From positions 32,674,001 to 32,738,000 of the forward strand of contig OZ296658.1 of the NCBI GenBank assembly GCA_965655095.1: 64,000 nt of DNA. Direction: 5' to 3'. Each line of letters starts with the position of its first letter. Position 1 is the stretch's first letter. The position numbers were made by a program, and so were the translations under genes. This DNA comes from Haplodiscus bocki (taxonomy: Eukaryota). The notes under the pieces were generated by a model, which had not been told where the DNA came from, searched no databases, and was given only the letters and a program-made list of their open reading frames with translations. Below are positions 25,813-39,630 of the stretch, in pieces.

Positions 25813-26942
25813 ATTCTGATAAAGTACACTTTAGGTGAGCATTTCTCGGTTTTCAAGAGTGACATTAATGTATCGACCGTGGTCGTGCAATGCGTCTCAT
25901 CTGAGCCTCCGATTGTAACGAAAGATATGTTTAAAACACGAAAGTAACATTAGCACCCATACGCGACGTCGAAATGGCAATCAAATAGATTGGAGAAAAC
26001 ATGGAGAGTTTGACTAGCCGAAATCTGGGTTAAGTCCCTTTGCTAACGGAAACTGAAATCGAGGACCTCCGAAACTCATCTGAACTCGTGAATCATGACA
26101 TGTTAGTGAATTTTTTTCTGTGTTGAGAGAAAAATTGGACAAAATATTTTTATTAGTCAGAGTATTGGAAACTGGATATATCTGGCCTTCATGAAATTAT
26201 TCTCAAAGATATCAAAGCATCAGTTCCAGTTAGAGTACATTTGCCCATAAGTGACGCTATTCTCACTGATGTCACAACCGAATGCGTTATCGGAGGATAG
26301 AAAGATTTCAATTGGGAAAGTAATAGCGTGCCTTTACTAATAGAGTCATTTTTCCATAACTTCAGCCATAAATTGGAGCTGGCCCGCGCGAAACGGGAAA
26401 TAATTCCTATCTTGAAGAGTGGTGGGGCTATCTTGGGCGAAAAAATTTCTCTGAAAATTTGCTTCTGAGCGGTCGTGAAGTTTTAGCTGCTGCTCCAATG
26501 TACATTCCCGTAAACGAATTGAAATAGTCTAAGAGAGGTAGAAAAAATGATCACCGGATCCCAGACACCGACTTCACCGATGAAATCCTGGCATTCATTG
26601 ATTATCCCGAAAGCGCGCTTTTGACAGAATAGCAGGAATATGTTTCAGCCTTCACAGCTTTCAAAGTAATGCCTTTCGTACAAGTTCCTCCTTTCATCCA
26701 TTTAAACTTTACTTCATAAGAGTCAGGAAGTTTACCTGTAAATAATCCCTTTTAATGCATTCTCATTATAATCCTCAACACTCCACACTGATGAATTGCT
26801 TCCTTTCCTTTTCCTTGTGATTTCACTATCCAGATTTTTTGGTTCCATTAGTCTAGCAATTGAAATATACCAAATCTAGACTTATTTTGCATTCTTTACC
26901 CAATTCGGAAAACCTGAATTTTTCCCTGCAACGTATTTAGCA

Positions 26943-27592
26943 ATGTCTGAATTCATCCTTTTAGCAGAATCGAATGGAATTACGTTCAAGAATTCTGACT
27001 TGAAAATTGATGGCGATGTCGAAATTCTTTGCGCGAGCGGAGCAAAAATAAGACACCAACGAATTGGTATTAGCTGGATTGCTCTACTGAGTAAAGCCTT
27101 TGGCATGCAGCCAACAAAAATGATCGTTGCATCATGTTATACTTCTGAATTTTTTAGGGTTTGCAGATCATCAGATTGGCCACCTCAAATATTGAAAGGA
27201 ATAAAATGACACCCTATCAAGAGATGGAAGAACTATTGCTCATGGTCGAATTGTGTCGGCGAGAAACAAATGTACTATTGTTCTTCATGAAGTGTAGTAG
27301 AAGGTGCGATGTTGATAGGGAAGCGAAGAACCTTGAACACCACCCAAAAGCATGCCTTACGTATTGCCACAAAAGTTGACACGAGCTCTTAATGAGTGGT
27401 GGAAGGAAAGCAAACTGAATTTTAGATTTTTCGGGGCCCACGCTTTGGAAAGCAAAAACACATTCGAATTAGACACCTACAGGAAATGATGCTGTTCACA
27501 TTTGAAGCTTTGTTTCTTAGGAAATCTGCTGAAATGCCTAGCGGCACTTTCTATACAAGAGTGAATCTGAGAAAAGCCGAAAAATAAAGGCG
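26943..27592 (+). pseudogene. SGNH/GDSL-hydrolase-like domain, degraded (copy 3)
   Basis: Near-identical to 11591-12240. Confidence 0.4.
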
Positions 27593-29203
27593 CTCAAAAG
27601 AGAGCAGCAAATTCATTTTTCGGTAACCAGAAGAAGCTCCGTGCAATCAGCGCCTGAACAACTAGCGGGACAAACTAACATCGAATTTCAGTTCGTGCTT
27701 TATCTTTCTTGAGTTGTTCTGCAACTGTAATTTTTGACAAGAATGATTATTCATTTGACATAACAATTGAGTTGTTTAGGTTTTGAATAGTAATTTTCCT
27801 TGGAAATGCCAATCTTTATATTTTTGTTGCTGAATAATTTACTAACGTCAATATTTTTGATGTCAAAATAAAAGTGCTGTCACCGTCTTGTTTGACAAGA
27901 ACGCTTAGTCTTTTCACATAACAATCGAACTGTTTCGGTTTGTTATAGCAGTGTTCAAAAGCGTGTCATAATAATAATTCTGAGCTGTTCAATTAATTAA
28001 TGACGCGAGTGATTATGCAATCAGAAAAGTGAATTATTATGAATGACATTCGAACAAAAAAGTCCAAAACAGATAATTTTCTCACATTAATCGCGCCGAG
28101 GGTGCGAAGAATTTTTTTACAAGGACCCAATAGTGCATTTTTTTCATTCGTTGAAATGTTCTCTACGATAGAGTTGCCTGATTATCTGGCTCCCATAGCG
28201 AAAGAACTTTATAAAGGACGTTATATTGCAGAAAAAACCAAAAACTTTGACTTTAATCGCACCTGTTGACCAGAGAATATTCTTCAAAGACTTAGATGCG
28301 CAAGTTTTTTGAATCTTTGAAGTGTTGTTTGCAACAGATTTGCTTCACATTAACTTGCAAAACGAATTGTTTGGTTTTCGATCGTCAAATTCCCGTCTAT
28401 GTGAATGGTATTTCCTTTCGACTGTGAAACCATTGTTGATTCCAGTCTCTAAGTTCAATACCCAACAACTTTTTTCAACTATTTTGCGGCCACATTATGC
28501 ATAGTGAGCAAACATTTGAGGCGTTCATCCAAATAGGGTATCTCAGCCTCTGAAAGTTTTTATTCCATCACGCGTTGCGTTGCCGCTTTTTAGATCCCAA
28601 GCTCCACGGATCTGCTCTCTATAAATCCAACCTGAAAACAACTCAGACGCATATGAAGCTTTTCCACCCCAAGAACAAGGCCACATGTTAAATGATTTTC
28701 AAATTAACGAACTTCGAACCGGAGGAGTGGACGTCATGAGAGGTGAACAGAAAATCAACGCCGCGTCTCATTTATGGCTTTTTTGAGTACAAAATAAAGT
28801 TTTCTGGTGTATTGTGGAAAAATTCTTCTGCAAAATTGTGCGGTTGCTTAGAAAAGTCGAAGTCAATGAAATGCCCTGGAACATGCCAGGCCTATGCTTA
28901 GAAAACGGTTTTCTTTCGATCCATATAACAGAAACAATTTTTCATTTTTGTATATAAGTCGTGCTTCTAGCAGCAACGTACTTCCGACGTGAGCTATAAT
29001 TCTAAAGAATTTCTCAATTGGATTTTTTTCAACTTTATTTTTCATGTTTGTTTTCAAGAAAACCGTAGACACCAAATGAATACACCAAGGTCTCCGCAGA
29101 CAGGGTCAGAAGGAACACCTTGACCCCACAGTTGACCTCTGATATTACCGGTGAGACTTCTGAATTTGTTTTTGTGAGTTTGATTTTCAAAAATTAAGCG
29201 AAA

Positions 29204-32200
29204 ATGAGCACAGGTGCAACATTAGAAGTAAAGTTGAAAAAAACAAAAGGGACAACACGAACGATTTGAACACTTTTTGCTGCATGTTGATTGAGAGGGT
29301 AACCAGTATTAGTTAGAACGATACTAGCTCCTCAGTCAAATACTTTCTGTAAGCTGAAGAATTTAAAAACAGCGGTTGAATATGAAAAGTTGCAGAAATC
29401 GCAGCTCCGGTGCCTAGTACGACTGAATCAAATGATTCATGCAATGTAGTTTATGAAAACTTGGATTCTACCACTACGTGAAATGATTTTGCATATCTAG
29501 TTTTAGACAATGTCAAAATGTCAAAAAACTCATCTAAACAAACCTCATCTTTGCAGAAATTGAAAGGCCCACACATCTGATGAGAAAATAATGTCACCAT
29601 AAACAGCTTCAGAAATTCCTGAAAAAACTAAAAATAGCTTAAAAAGTGCAAAAATTGATTCAACCGTGAATTGCTAAATTCATTGCTCAGATTCGATGAG
29701 CAAACAGCATCTGTGACAGCTAAAAATTCGACTAAAACTCAAAACCAAAAATAAATGGTCGACTAGGAAAAAATGAGTGCTCTATTGACACAGTTCTAGC
29801 CCCTCTAGCTTTAACAATGACTCTTGGAGCCTCAACATTTTGACGGAATTGAAAAATGGAAAAACAAGGAATGTTTTTGATGTCTAAACTTACTTTCGAG
29901 CGATGAATTCGCGAACGCTACGGAGGAGACTAAAGACAAAGGAAGATGCAATCTGATACTCAAAATTTGTGCATTTTGTTTAGTTTTTTTAGGAGGTTTA
30001 AAAATCTGGACAAAGCTTCATTTTTGTAATACTTTTATTGTTTTCTAAAACTTGCCCAATAAAACAACAAAGAACTGGAATGAACATAAATCGATTTAAG
30101 ATCACACGGGAGGCACAAAGAAAAGCCAGCAGAAACATCTGAAATATGATAGAATAGCTGCTTTTCATAAGAGTCTGAATGGCCTGTCAATCCCAGAACG
30201 AGGCTCTGAGACTACCAGGGTACTGAAGGTGAGTCACGCAGTGCAATATTCAACAGAGCATTTGGAGTTCCCAAAGGTCGAAAAAAGTAAGGCACCAACG
30301 AAACGGTCAATTTAAGAAAAATTAGGTATGGATAGAACATTTTTTGCAATCTGTACAAAAATTAAAGGCCGAGCAGCAGCCTAAACTATGATCATCGGAC
30401 AATATGATGGACAAGGAGCATGGACGTTTGTAGAAGAAGATTTTGAAAGATTCATGAACGCGCGGAAGTTACATGCATTTTACAGTCCGGGCTGCAGATT
30501 GCTACTCAGATGTGTTCACCAAAAGTTAAAGTACTTGAGGCGCAGGCTCTTGGGGCGCTTATTAGAGGCACAATTTCAGCAGCCTCAGTTGACGGAAAAC
30601 CAAATACTGAGCAAATAGAATGTGCAGAAAAGACCCAAATTACTTTCCAGCAAAGCGAACGCAGCAGATTATTAAATCGGCCGCCAGCAAGACTTCAACA
30701 TTGAAAGAGGAATTGAAAGTGCTCAAGTGTTTTTCTGGGCGGTACCTTCATGAAAACTTCGAACCAAAAAAGATGAAGTTTTCAGGAATAGAGAAGTGGT
30801 TAGATTAGATGTACAGTGAGGGCAAATCAATAAGCACTGACCACAAGCAGTTTTGAACAAAGGAAGGTTCAGTCAAGCATAAATCACGACAGTTATGCTT
30901 AGACGGTCTCAAATTATTATGCCAACTGCTCAAATTTTATATCTTGCAAAAAGAGACTTCCTCGCTACTTTTGAGGCAACTTCAGATGTAACGAGCATGA
31001 ACAATGAGAAACCGGTGAAAAACGAGCTCGGTTAGCTGAACATTTTTCTGGGTTTTGCAATTAATGAGTGTAACAATATTTCACCTGACTTGAAAAAACA
31101 TGAGAGCTGCGTAATATTTCAACAGATGCAAAATGCGAAACACTGAAGATTGACATTAACAATCTGAAGCATTTTGGGAAGTTCATGCGTAGAACAGAAG
31201 TATTGAGGGGAAATTGTACCGCTTTTTTACTCATAGATATCAGTGTGCGACTGGACATAGGCTCGGCCTTGTTGGATCAGATGCTCAATATCGCGAAAAA
31301 TAGACTTATGCAGGAAAATGCTTACGCTAATATAAATGAAGCACCTGAGGATTACATAGCCTCCCGAAAGCTAGATTTACTAGATGCCTTTGGGAAGGCG
31401 ACAGCGACAGCAGCAATCTTGACTGCGACATGAATGTTTTAGGAAAAAAAGGCTCATATCGCAGAGTATACTCTGCATGAAAGAGGCAACAGGCCAGCTG
31501 CATGCGGCTTTGTGACTCTGTTTAACCATGAAAAAAGAAGACGTCGATTGAAAAACCTTACCACTTTATCATTCTAGTCACAAATAAAAACAAAAACAAA
31601 AACAATTGGAATGGCTTTTCCTGATGCCTGAAAGTGTCCATGGTTTTGATTTTTTCGTTCGTCCAAAAGTTATATCTTTTTAGAGCTCACTCAACCCTTC
31701 TAACATAAGTTACAGGCCATGATCTTTGCAACATGCATTTTTTGTTGCCATTTGAAGATTTTGGGAAAAAACCAGGAATTTGCAGATCCTGAAAAATTCT
31801 ATACTGTTTGTAAGTAGCAGGTGTACACCAGTGGATTAGCCGACGGAAAGTTTAGTGATTATGTCTTTCTAAATTTGGCCAGCCCAATAATAATACCAAT
31901 GGTGCCAGACATATCGATGAAACGGCAGGTTAGATCTTGAAAAGGAACTTTTAATTGATTACAGAACTCATGATATTTACACTAAATCACTGAAACATGG
32001 TAAAGATGTTGCTGAAATGCTCCATTAGGAAATGAGTGCTCAGGTTGAACAACTGATACGAAGTGTGAGACTCGTTGCGGAAGCTGTCAAATCAGAATAT
32101 GTGGGTCGTTTCTAATAAATTTTCCACAATATCAAAGAGGAAGTCACCCAGAGCGTCTACTGTGATAATCCTGAAACGTCCCAGATGACATGCCTAGAGA

Positions 32201-33405
32201 AAAAAACACAGTTTGGAATTCCTGATGTTGAAACAAACGGTCAGTCGTCTGGTGGATTTTCTCTGGATTGAAAAGCATCCTTGAAAAGTGCCGCACTGAA
32301 TGATCTTTTGAAGCAGGCGCCAAATTTCTGAAAACGCAATTAGAGATGAGTCAAAACAACTTTTTGAATACTACCGAAAGACAAATTTTTTTACAGCTTT
32401 TGAAGACTTGGGATGAGAAATTTGGATTCCATAATGTTTTTGATCGCCCTCAAAAACTGTTCTTTGTCCTATTCAAGACTACAGTTGAAGATTGAAATTC
32501 TGAACTCAAAGCTGTCGGAAACTTTTCTCCGCATTGTTTAACTTTATATGGAAGATTGTTCGTGCAAAAACTTAAATCTTGCATCAAAAATCATTATATC
32601 GGCAAGATGGTAAATCACTTTGCTAAGAGCTTTTGTCGAGTCAGAGAACAACCAATGAGACCGCCAGGGGCCGTAAGTTGGCAAAATTGGAGCAGGCTGT
32701 AGATACCATGTTGGACAAAATTGCTTCAGATTCAACAAAATTAGAGCAGCTCTGTTAGAACGATTGAGAAAGTCATATGAAACACTCAATTGATCCAATT
32801 CCAGAGATAATCCATGTGAGAGAAGTGCGTTTGTCGACTGTACTGTCAACTGAGTGAACTTTCTAAAATCTTGCGACAACCAATTCATATGGAATCAAGT
32901 GGCAAAAACTTTCTAGATCTGAAAAAATCGTAAGAAAGGCCCGATATTGAGATGTGACAAAACGATGAGGAAGGTGAAGAAAATGGAATCTTCACGCTTC
33001 GAAACAATAGGTTCAGAGAAAAGGTGATCGATAACCAAACACTTTAGGGTGTATATTGCAAACACAAGGAAAGTTATTAATCAAAACCAACAAAACTGCT
33101 GCCTAATGACATTTCAAGCTTTTGATAGAATCCAAAAAAACGCGAGGACAAAAAGACAGCTGGGACAGTTGAGAAGTGGCTATGTGAATTCACTGAAAAG
33201 GAGCTATCAACCATTGTCGTCTTAGACCGTAAAGGTAAGTGCGAGTGTCATAACTTCAAATCCAAGGGCCCCATTATCAATGATGCAACAAATAACAAAC
33301 TTGCAAACCTCAAAAAACAAAAGTTACTGCCGGGTCCAAATGAAAATATACTTCACAACTCTGTGTGATATACCCACTGGAACGCAACTGAATTATCAAT
33401 ACAAA
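29204..33405 (+). pseudogene. Tyrosine recombinase plus SET domain, degraded (copy 3)
   Basis: R at 31491; SET tail closer to consensus, KIYFTTLCDIPTGTQLNYQY (ORF 33280-33507; cf. AxRDIxxGEELxYDY). Confidence 0.68.
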
Positions 33406-33562
33406 TATCTGATAAGTACACTCGACGTGGGTAATTTTTCAGGATACAAAATTAATGTATCGACCGTGGTCGTGCATTGCATCTCATCTGAGCCTTTCCT
33501 AAGATAACCCTCAAACAATAGCGGATTACATTACAAATTACAATTATGAATTGGTTTTGATC

Positions 33563-34801
33563 TCAGTTTCTGAGACTCCGTTCGTCTTCTTTTGCGAAAT
33601 GATAGATGGTGGCTTTTGAAAATAATTTTTCAAGAGGTTCAAAAGCAACTGCGTCTCTCACTGTTTCCTCATCGACCTTGGTCGTGTCTCTGCTATCTCT
33701 GATTGAGCTCAGTGGTTGACCAATCGCTACACTCGCAGTTAACTGGAGAGTAACCATTTGTATCAAATTCTTGTTGCAGGTGATTAATCGATCCTGGTTC
33801 TTTCTTGGCCTTTTTTCGTGACTCGGGACGAAACTGTTCAAATCATTCTTAGTCCCGGATCGGTACTTTGAAAAGTCACGTAGTTCAGTTTTGGACGAGA
33901 AATGTCCAATATAGTAAATTTTGATTCCAGGTAATCAGTGCAATTACCACCTAGTTTAGAATTTTAAGACGGTTGTTGTAGTTCTTTTCAAGCATTGACG
34001 TGGTTGTGCGAAATTGTGGTTCAGTTTCTCTAAGGTGTTCAGCTATATATTGAAAGGCTGCAATCCACAAACATAATTTCAGGTCATTCCTTTTTTCTGT
34101 TACTCAGTTGAAAATGTTCGAACCTATATTAGCAACGGAGGGAACTTTTTAGGAAGTCACGCAACTAAGCTGTGGACTGCAGCCAGAAGCTAAAAAAAAG
34201 ATTTAGGGTCAAGCTTGTTTCCAAATAATTGCGCAGACGAAGATACTCGAAGATACTCGAAAATACTCTTCCCTTTCCTGCCGACAAGTTCCAGGTACTC
34301 TCCCACGAATTTTTTTGAAAGTTCTCTGAGGCAGCAAAATTGCCGGATTGAACTCTTGACACCCAATCAATTTCTTTCGTGCGGATCAGTTGGACGTACC
34401 TTCACGTTCTGGACCTCGATATCCCCGCCCATTTTAAAAACCAATAATCAAAACAATCGAAGAATTTTCCCCAACATCCACCTTGGTTGTGTTTTTGATG
34501 ATAATGGAATATCTCAAGCATCGAAGTTAGTCAGGCAAAATATGTACGTGAAAAATTCTTCAAGGTTGCAATTCCGAATTATTGGGGAATCTCAATGATC
34601 AGTAATTTGGGTTACATTGCGGCACCTAGAGTTTCACGATATTAATTCTTTGTTTCTACTGGTTGTAACGAAGAAATAAGAGTTCATTAGCACTGAAGTG
34701 ATTTGGAACCAAACAAAATTCTCTAGAACTCATTCGTTCTCCATTCTGAGCTCTCAGAGCGAACAAATTTTTTCGAAATAAAAAACTAATTCCATAGTCA
34801 T
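33563..34801 (-). pseudogene. Degraded gene of unknown function
   Basis: Protein-like stretches across frameshifts (..NDLKLCLWIAAFQYIAEHLRETEPQF.., ..KIYYIGHFSSKTELRDFSKY.. into ORF 33563-33841); no recognisable motif. Confidence 0.3.
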
Positions 34802-34879
34802 GGGGACTTGGCGAAAAGATGTACAATAGAGAGATAGAGATGTGCTAAGAAACATCGGTATATCGATTACATTTATATT

Positions 34880-35345
34880 TCTTAAGCCGCTTCAAGTAAT
34901 TTTGCGAGGTTAGCTAGTTCAGTTAGTTACATCTAGCCTAGTTTATCAATTGTGGAAGTTAAGGTAGCTCAACTTGTTCAAAAAGCTAAATACAGTTATT
35001 TCTGTTAGTTCACTTGGTATTGCTATATGAGCTAATTTAGCTAGTTTTTTTTACGTCATGTAGTTCAAGTGGCTCATTTACTTTACTCAGTGGTGAAAAA
35101 TACGGTGTCCCGGCCAATTTAGGTAGCTCAGTTAGTTCAGCTAAATTAGTTATTATTACGGTACGCAAGTTAGGGTGGTTCGGTTGGTTCCTATAGTTCA
35201 ATTATGTGAGAATAAACAGCCTGCCTATTTAGTTTATATTGATCTGCTATCTCACTCACGTAGTACAGTCAGTTTAATTTGTTAAGTTCAGACAATTCAA
35301 TGATATTAGACCGTTGAGTTCAGTTAGTTGCTCTATTTACATCAG
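34880..35345. repeat. Degenerate short-period repeat (TAGTTCAGT/TAGCTCAGT-like)
   Basis: Many variants such as AGTTAGCTAGTTCAGTTAGTT and TAGCTCAGTTAGTTCAGCT. Confidence 0.6.
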
Positions 35346-35479
35346 TCGGATAAAATGACAGTATGATACTACAAGTACAAACCAAAACGAGGGGGTGAGC
35401 ACACGCGAAACGTTCAAGTTTTGCATTTATAGTAGGGCAACATTTGCGGACTTTTTATGTGAGTGGGGTGTCAGTTTTT

Positions 35480-36080
35480 CATTCGAAACTGATACCTATG
35501 ATAGCCTTGCAACCTATCCATCAGAGTTGGCGTGACCAACTTAGTCACAGGCTAAGGTACGTCAAAGTTGCTCGGGTCTCTATCGGGTAAGATCGAAACA
35601 TAAAAAGTCATACTCTAGACCAGAAGTTATTATCAGACCTCGGTAGAGTATTTGATCACATCTTCGGATGGTAATGATGTTATTCAGCTGTTTTGACTTT
35701 GATTGGTGATTGTGAGCTTGGCGAAATGTAGCAAACACCTAATATGGCTCAAAAATGTTGATCGAATGTGAACGATCGATGATTGATTGAGACAGATTAA
35801 GCTAGCTCCGGTTTGAGTCAATCCGGTGATTGATGGGGATCAGGTTTAAAATCCGGCTGCAACTGATATCAGACTAGTTCGTGCACTAACTTTGATGGTC
35901 GGTATTCGAAGTTTATCAGATCCCTTGGCATTCCAGTTTAATCAGAGATCAAGCTAGTTCAACCCTATCAGGGTTTGCTGATCAAAAGTTATCAGGCTTC
36001 CTTTTAGATCCAGAGTGTAACTGATATCAAAATACTTCGATAGGATCGAGTTAAAGTTAACTGAAAGTTTCATCATCCAA
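35480..36080. repeat. Cluster of degenerate TATCAG/CTGATA/GATC motifs
   Basis: AACTGATATCA at 35861 and 36019, several TTATCAG/CTATCAG, dense GATC. Confidence 0.4.
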
Positions 36081-36119
36081 GTACACACCGGATTAAGGGC
36101 GTGAAAATAAGCTAAACCT

Positions 36120-36416
36120 TCATGCTTTGCATGTTTGTTGGGTCAAAGTAGTCCAAAAGTTGCGCAGCAACTTCTGCGATCTTTCACTATTTGATATAAT
36201 CTTCGCATAAAAAACATACTCTTCAATAGTGTCGCAATCTTGACTGGTGTAGCAACCCAGCATTCTGATAGTCTCTTGATAATAATCTAAATCTTCCACG
36301 AATTGTTTGGAAATTTTGGTGATTTTTTCATGATCATCATTGTTTTTTTGTTGATTGATTAGATAGTGATAGTGTTTTTTTTCATAAGCTTGAGCAAAGT
36401 AAGTGTCTGAGTACAT
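36120..36416 (-). CDS. Hypothetical protein (98 aa, probably the 3' part of a decayed gene starting near 36626)
   Basis: Open ATG-stop frame with globular-protein-like composition; no motif recognised. Confidence 0.25.
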   Translation of the reverse strand: MYSDTYFAQAYEKKHYHYLINQQKNNDDHEKITKISKQFVEDLDYYQETIRMLGCYTSQDCDTIEEYVFYAKIISNSERSQKLLRNFWTTLTQQTCKA

Positions 36417-38286
36417 CGAAGTGTTTCAAAACATCTTAGTGTGTAATCATGATCTGCAAGGTTGTTCAGACATATAAACTCTTGAGAGCAAGAAGATCTT
36501 CAATCTCTCAATCAGGTGAAAAAGTCGTAAAACTTGCATAATCATCCAACACAGCTCGATCCGTGTTGTCTGAGTTCAACCAATACAGTGTTGCAGTGGG
36601 GCATGAAGGTAGAAGATGCTCGCCATGGCGAGGATGCTTTTACGGGCTATTTTCATTAGGTTTCTGAACGGTTTGAGGGCAATTGTGGAATGGCTTTAGT
36701 CTATGTGGAACCTCGGTTTTGAACAAGCTAGAAAGGAGTGGGACTTTTGTTGAAATTATAGTCTGGTGCGGAACATAGGTTCCGAATGTCTACGTAACCC
36801 TCGTTACCGCCCGCCCAGAATCATTGACAGTCTGTGAGAGTACTTGCTCCTTTACCGACAACTAAAACTAAATTCTCTTCCGGATAACCACAGGGAAATA
36901 CTTTCCCAATGGATAAAACAATAGTGACAATGGCAGACTGTGCCTAAACAGCACTCACTAGATCCGCATAGGTAGAGGCGGTCGTTCTGTCCCGCAGTTC
37001 TCCAACTAAGTCTGCCTTGCACGAGAGACGTAACGAACTTCTTGCTTGGCAACGACAACGCCTGTTTCAGGAGGGTAGGCTCTCGTGTGCGTGGAGGATG
37101 CCTGCACCCTTTGAAACGTGTTGCGAACAAACCTGATGCATCTCAGACACGTCGCCTATAACGCACGGCCAGGGTATTCATGTCAGCAAGTGTATTTCAC
37201 ACACTTTTTCTTCGGTCTCATTTATTACTGTTTAGAAAACGGAGTTGGATTGGGTACTCTGCTACTCTGTAGGAACATAAGATTAGGTCATGTTAAGACA
37301 AGCAAGTTTCACCCGAATAGGAGAAACTTCTCCGAGGTTACGTCATTCAATGAGGTGACCTTGAATCTTGCTGTCACTCTCGAAGGACCACCAGCTGAAG
37401 TGTGACCCCCTAAAAACTGTTACGTTGATGGGTGGATGGGGACGTATATGGACGCCTAATTACGGATCTTGTATCAGTAAGCATAGGAGGGTGTTAGTGG
37501 GAGTGGCTGCATTTTTTTTGACTTTCCTCGGAAGGGATGACCCCTGTGAGGCCCCTAGACATTGGACTCTTTGCGCTAAGTGTCCTAGAACCATAAGGGG
37601 TTAAAACTCACGTTACCCCGGCAGCCCCGGAGTAACCAAAGATACCAAGAGTTGGAATTTTTTCAAGCTCATTTTATCAATCTTTATCAAATTGTTTAGT
37701 AATAAATAAAGAAATATCTATGGAACAACTGTCAGATAGCTGGAAATTTTTTTGGGGTCAAAAAAACCACTGGGATGCCACACAGTTGTAGCTAGAATGG
37801 AGACCATTTTTGGCCAAAATCCTACTGTTTGAACGCTAAAACAGAGTTTCGTTCTGGTGTTTCTCCTTTTTCTTGACCAATACCCTAACAAAAAGTCCGA
37901 GCGCATACTGTTAGCCATAATTATGGCCAGTTGAGGTTGAGCCATCAGAGGGTATGGCCTGGAATGTTTTTGGGACTTTCGGAAATGAGTCTCTAAGCTT
38001 TTGAAACTAATTCCTTCGTTACCCTTGCCTAACTTTTTGATAAACACAATTTAACCAAATCGCTACTATTTTTTAAAATTTTCCTGCGTTCATTTGAAAA
38101 ATATGGTCTTGAGACAACACCAGGACGATGGTGATAGCATCCGAAAATCGTGCTACAGCAAAAATGTTAGAGACAGGAGTTGTGCACGTGCACAAGACAT
38201 CACTTTGTCTCAAAACCATCCTGAGCAGCCCCCCGCCATATCCTGGTACCCTAGGGGGTGCGCAAAAGCTACTAATGGAGTTCTAC

Positions 38287-39630
38287 TGTCACTCCGTCGC
38301 ATGAAGGTATTATAAACTAAATATTTTGATTATATGATTATGCAAAGAGCCTATGTGATTTGTATGAAACCCTTGCACAGCCTACTATAAACTAATACGT
38401 AGGCATCTAATGCAGCTTTCAATATACAACGGATATGAACGCCACTATGTATTATTACTTCCATCCCAAATGGTATGAGTTTGATTTATGTATATATGAA
38501 CTACTAAGAAGCTACGTTGACCTCGCCGGGCACATTTGATAAGCTATCTTTGAGTTACTCTTCATAACACTTTGTGAAAACTTGTAGTTGTATCACTTGT
38601 CATCATTCATTAACTTTTGTACATTTTGTCAAATATTGAGCTGTTACTTTTGTGCTGAAGTTAATCATTTCATTCTTGTGCTGAGCTTTTTTTCCAAGTG
38701 CTGTCTAACCAGGTGCGTCGCTCATGATGGACAGCCAAAATTGCTGATATGTATTTAAGCGCTATATTGAGACACCATGCATGTGTTGTAATCTAATCGG
38801 TCGTGTGTCACTGCTTGATTAACGGAATATCACTGCCTCGGGAGAGAGACATCGGCGCGTGATCAATTTTTTGTGCCTTGAATTTGAGGCAACAATATTG
38901 GATTGATGCTACCAAATGATCATTTCATAAGTTGCAAAAGAATGTGCTAAAACAGGCAACCAATGACATTGCAGGTTTATGTCACGTGATTTATTATCAG
39001 CAACTGACTGTCGAACACGGAGAACGTCAGTCATTACACTGGAAAAAATTGCTAACGTTCAAATAACAGAACATTTGCTAACTTCGTAACGACTGCTTAA
39101 CTTCATTAGACCGATTAAATACTTTTGTAAAATAAACCATTTGATATTGTAGCAAAACTTATTACAATTCAATATCTTTACTTCCTGCAAGACATTGTGA
39201 TTCGAGAGTAGTGCTAAAGAGGTGAACACTAGTTTGACAGGCGAAGAGACTCATAGTTTAGATGGTTGTGGTGTTAGTAGAGTTGCCGATAGCTCAAGTG
39301 TTCTCATTAACTCGGAAAAAGTAGCACACAACAAACAAAAACTGCTACTGATCCCTTGACAAAGCAGTTGGAAAGGCTTTGCGAACTCATTGTAGAGCTT
39401 CGTAGGGACACGTCAAGGCGTAATGTAGGGACCTCTGCCCCAACTCAAATCCCTCAGGACCACGTGACGAGAGGTACGACATGGTGGCAGGAGCCCCGTT
39501 GGCTACACGCTCCGAATTCTTGAATGAACCAATGAACCTCATTATTAGGCAGCCCGACAACACAACATCAACGCGACAACAACCAAACAGACAATGACGA
39601 CCTATCCTACTTGGAGACGAGGAAATTTCA
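38287..39630 (+). mobile_element. Gypsy 5' LTR (38287-39481) with PBS and gag stub
   Basis: Starts TGTCAC, ends GACA|TGGTGGCAGGAG; encodes TDPLTKQLERLCELIVELRRD..RYDMVAG, homologous to the gag start of the 6665-11077 element. Confidence 0.7.

Larger units (their letters stand above)
18237..25908 (+). repeat. Tandem segmental repeat, copy 2 (7672 bp, complete)
   Basis: Junction ..TCTCATCTGAGCCT|CCGATTGTAACGAAAG.. at 18236/18237 and 25908/25909. Confidence 0.97.
25909..33495 (+). repeat. Tandem segmental repeat, copy 3 (with diverged patches)
   Basis: Ends TCTCATCTGAGCCT at 33495, then unique sequence; near-identical to the other copies except ~30725-31430 and ~32490-33495. Confidence 0.95.

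Noticed and set aside
18237-25908. The 7.67-kb unit as a complete self-contained transposon or reintegrated circle
   Set aside because: Its left boundary falls inside a gene that continues upstream at 6455-6520; no TIR, TSD or terminal direct repeat seen
37400-38262. TIR element bounded by ACCCCCTA / TAGGGGGT
   Set aside because: Only about 8 bp of inverted match and no TSD
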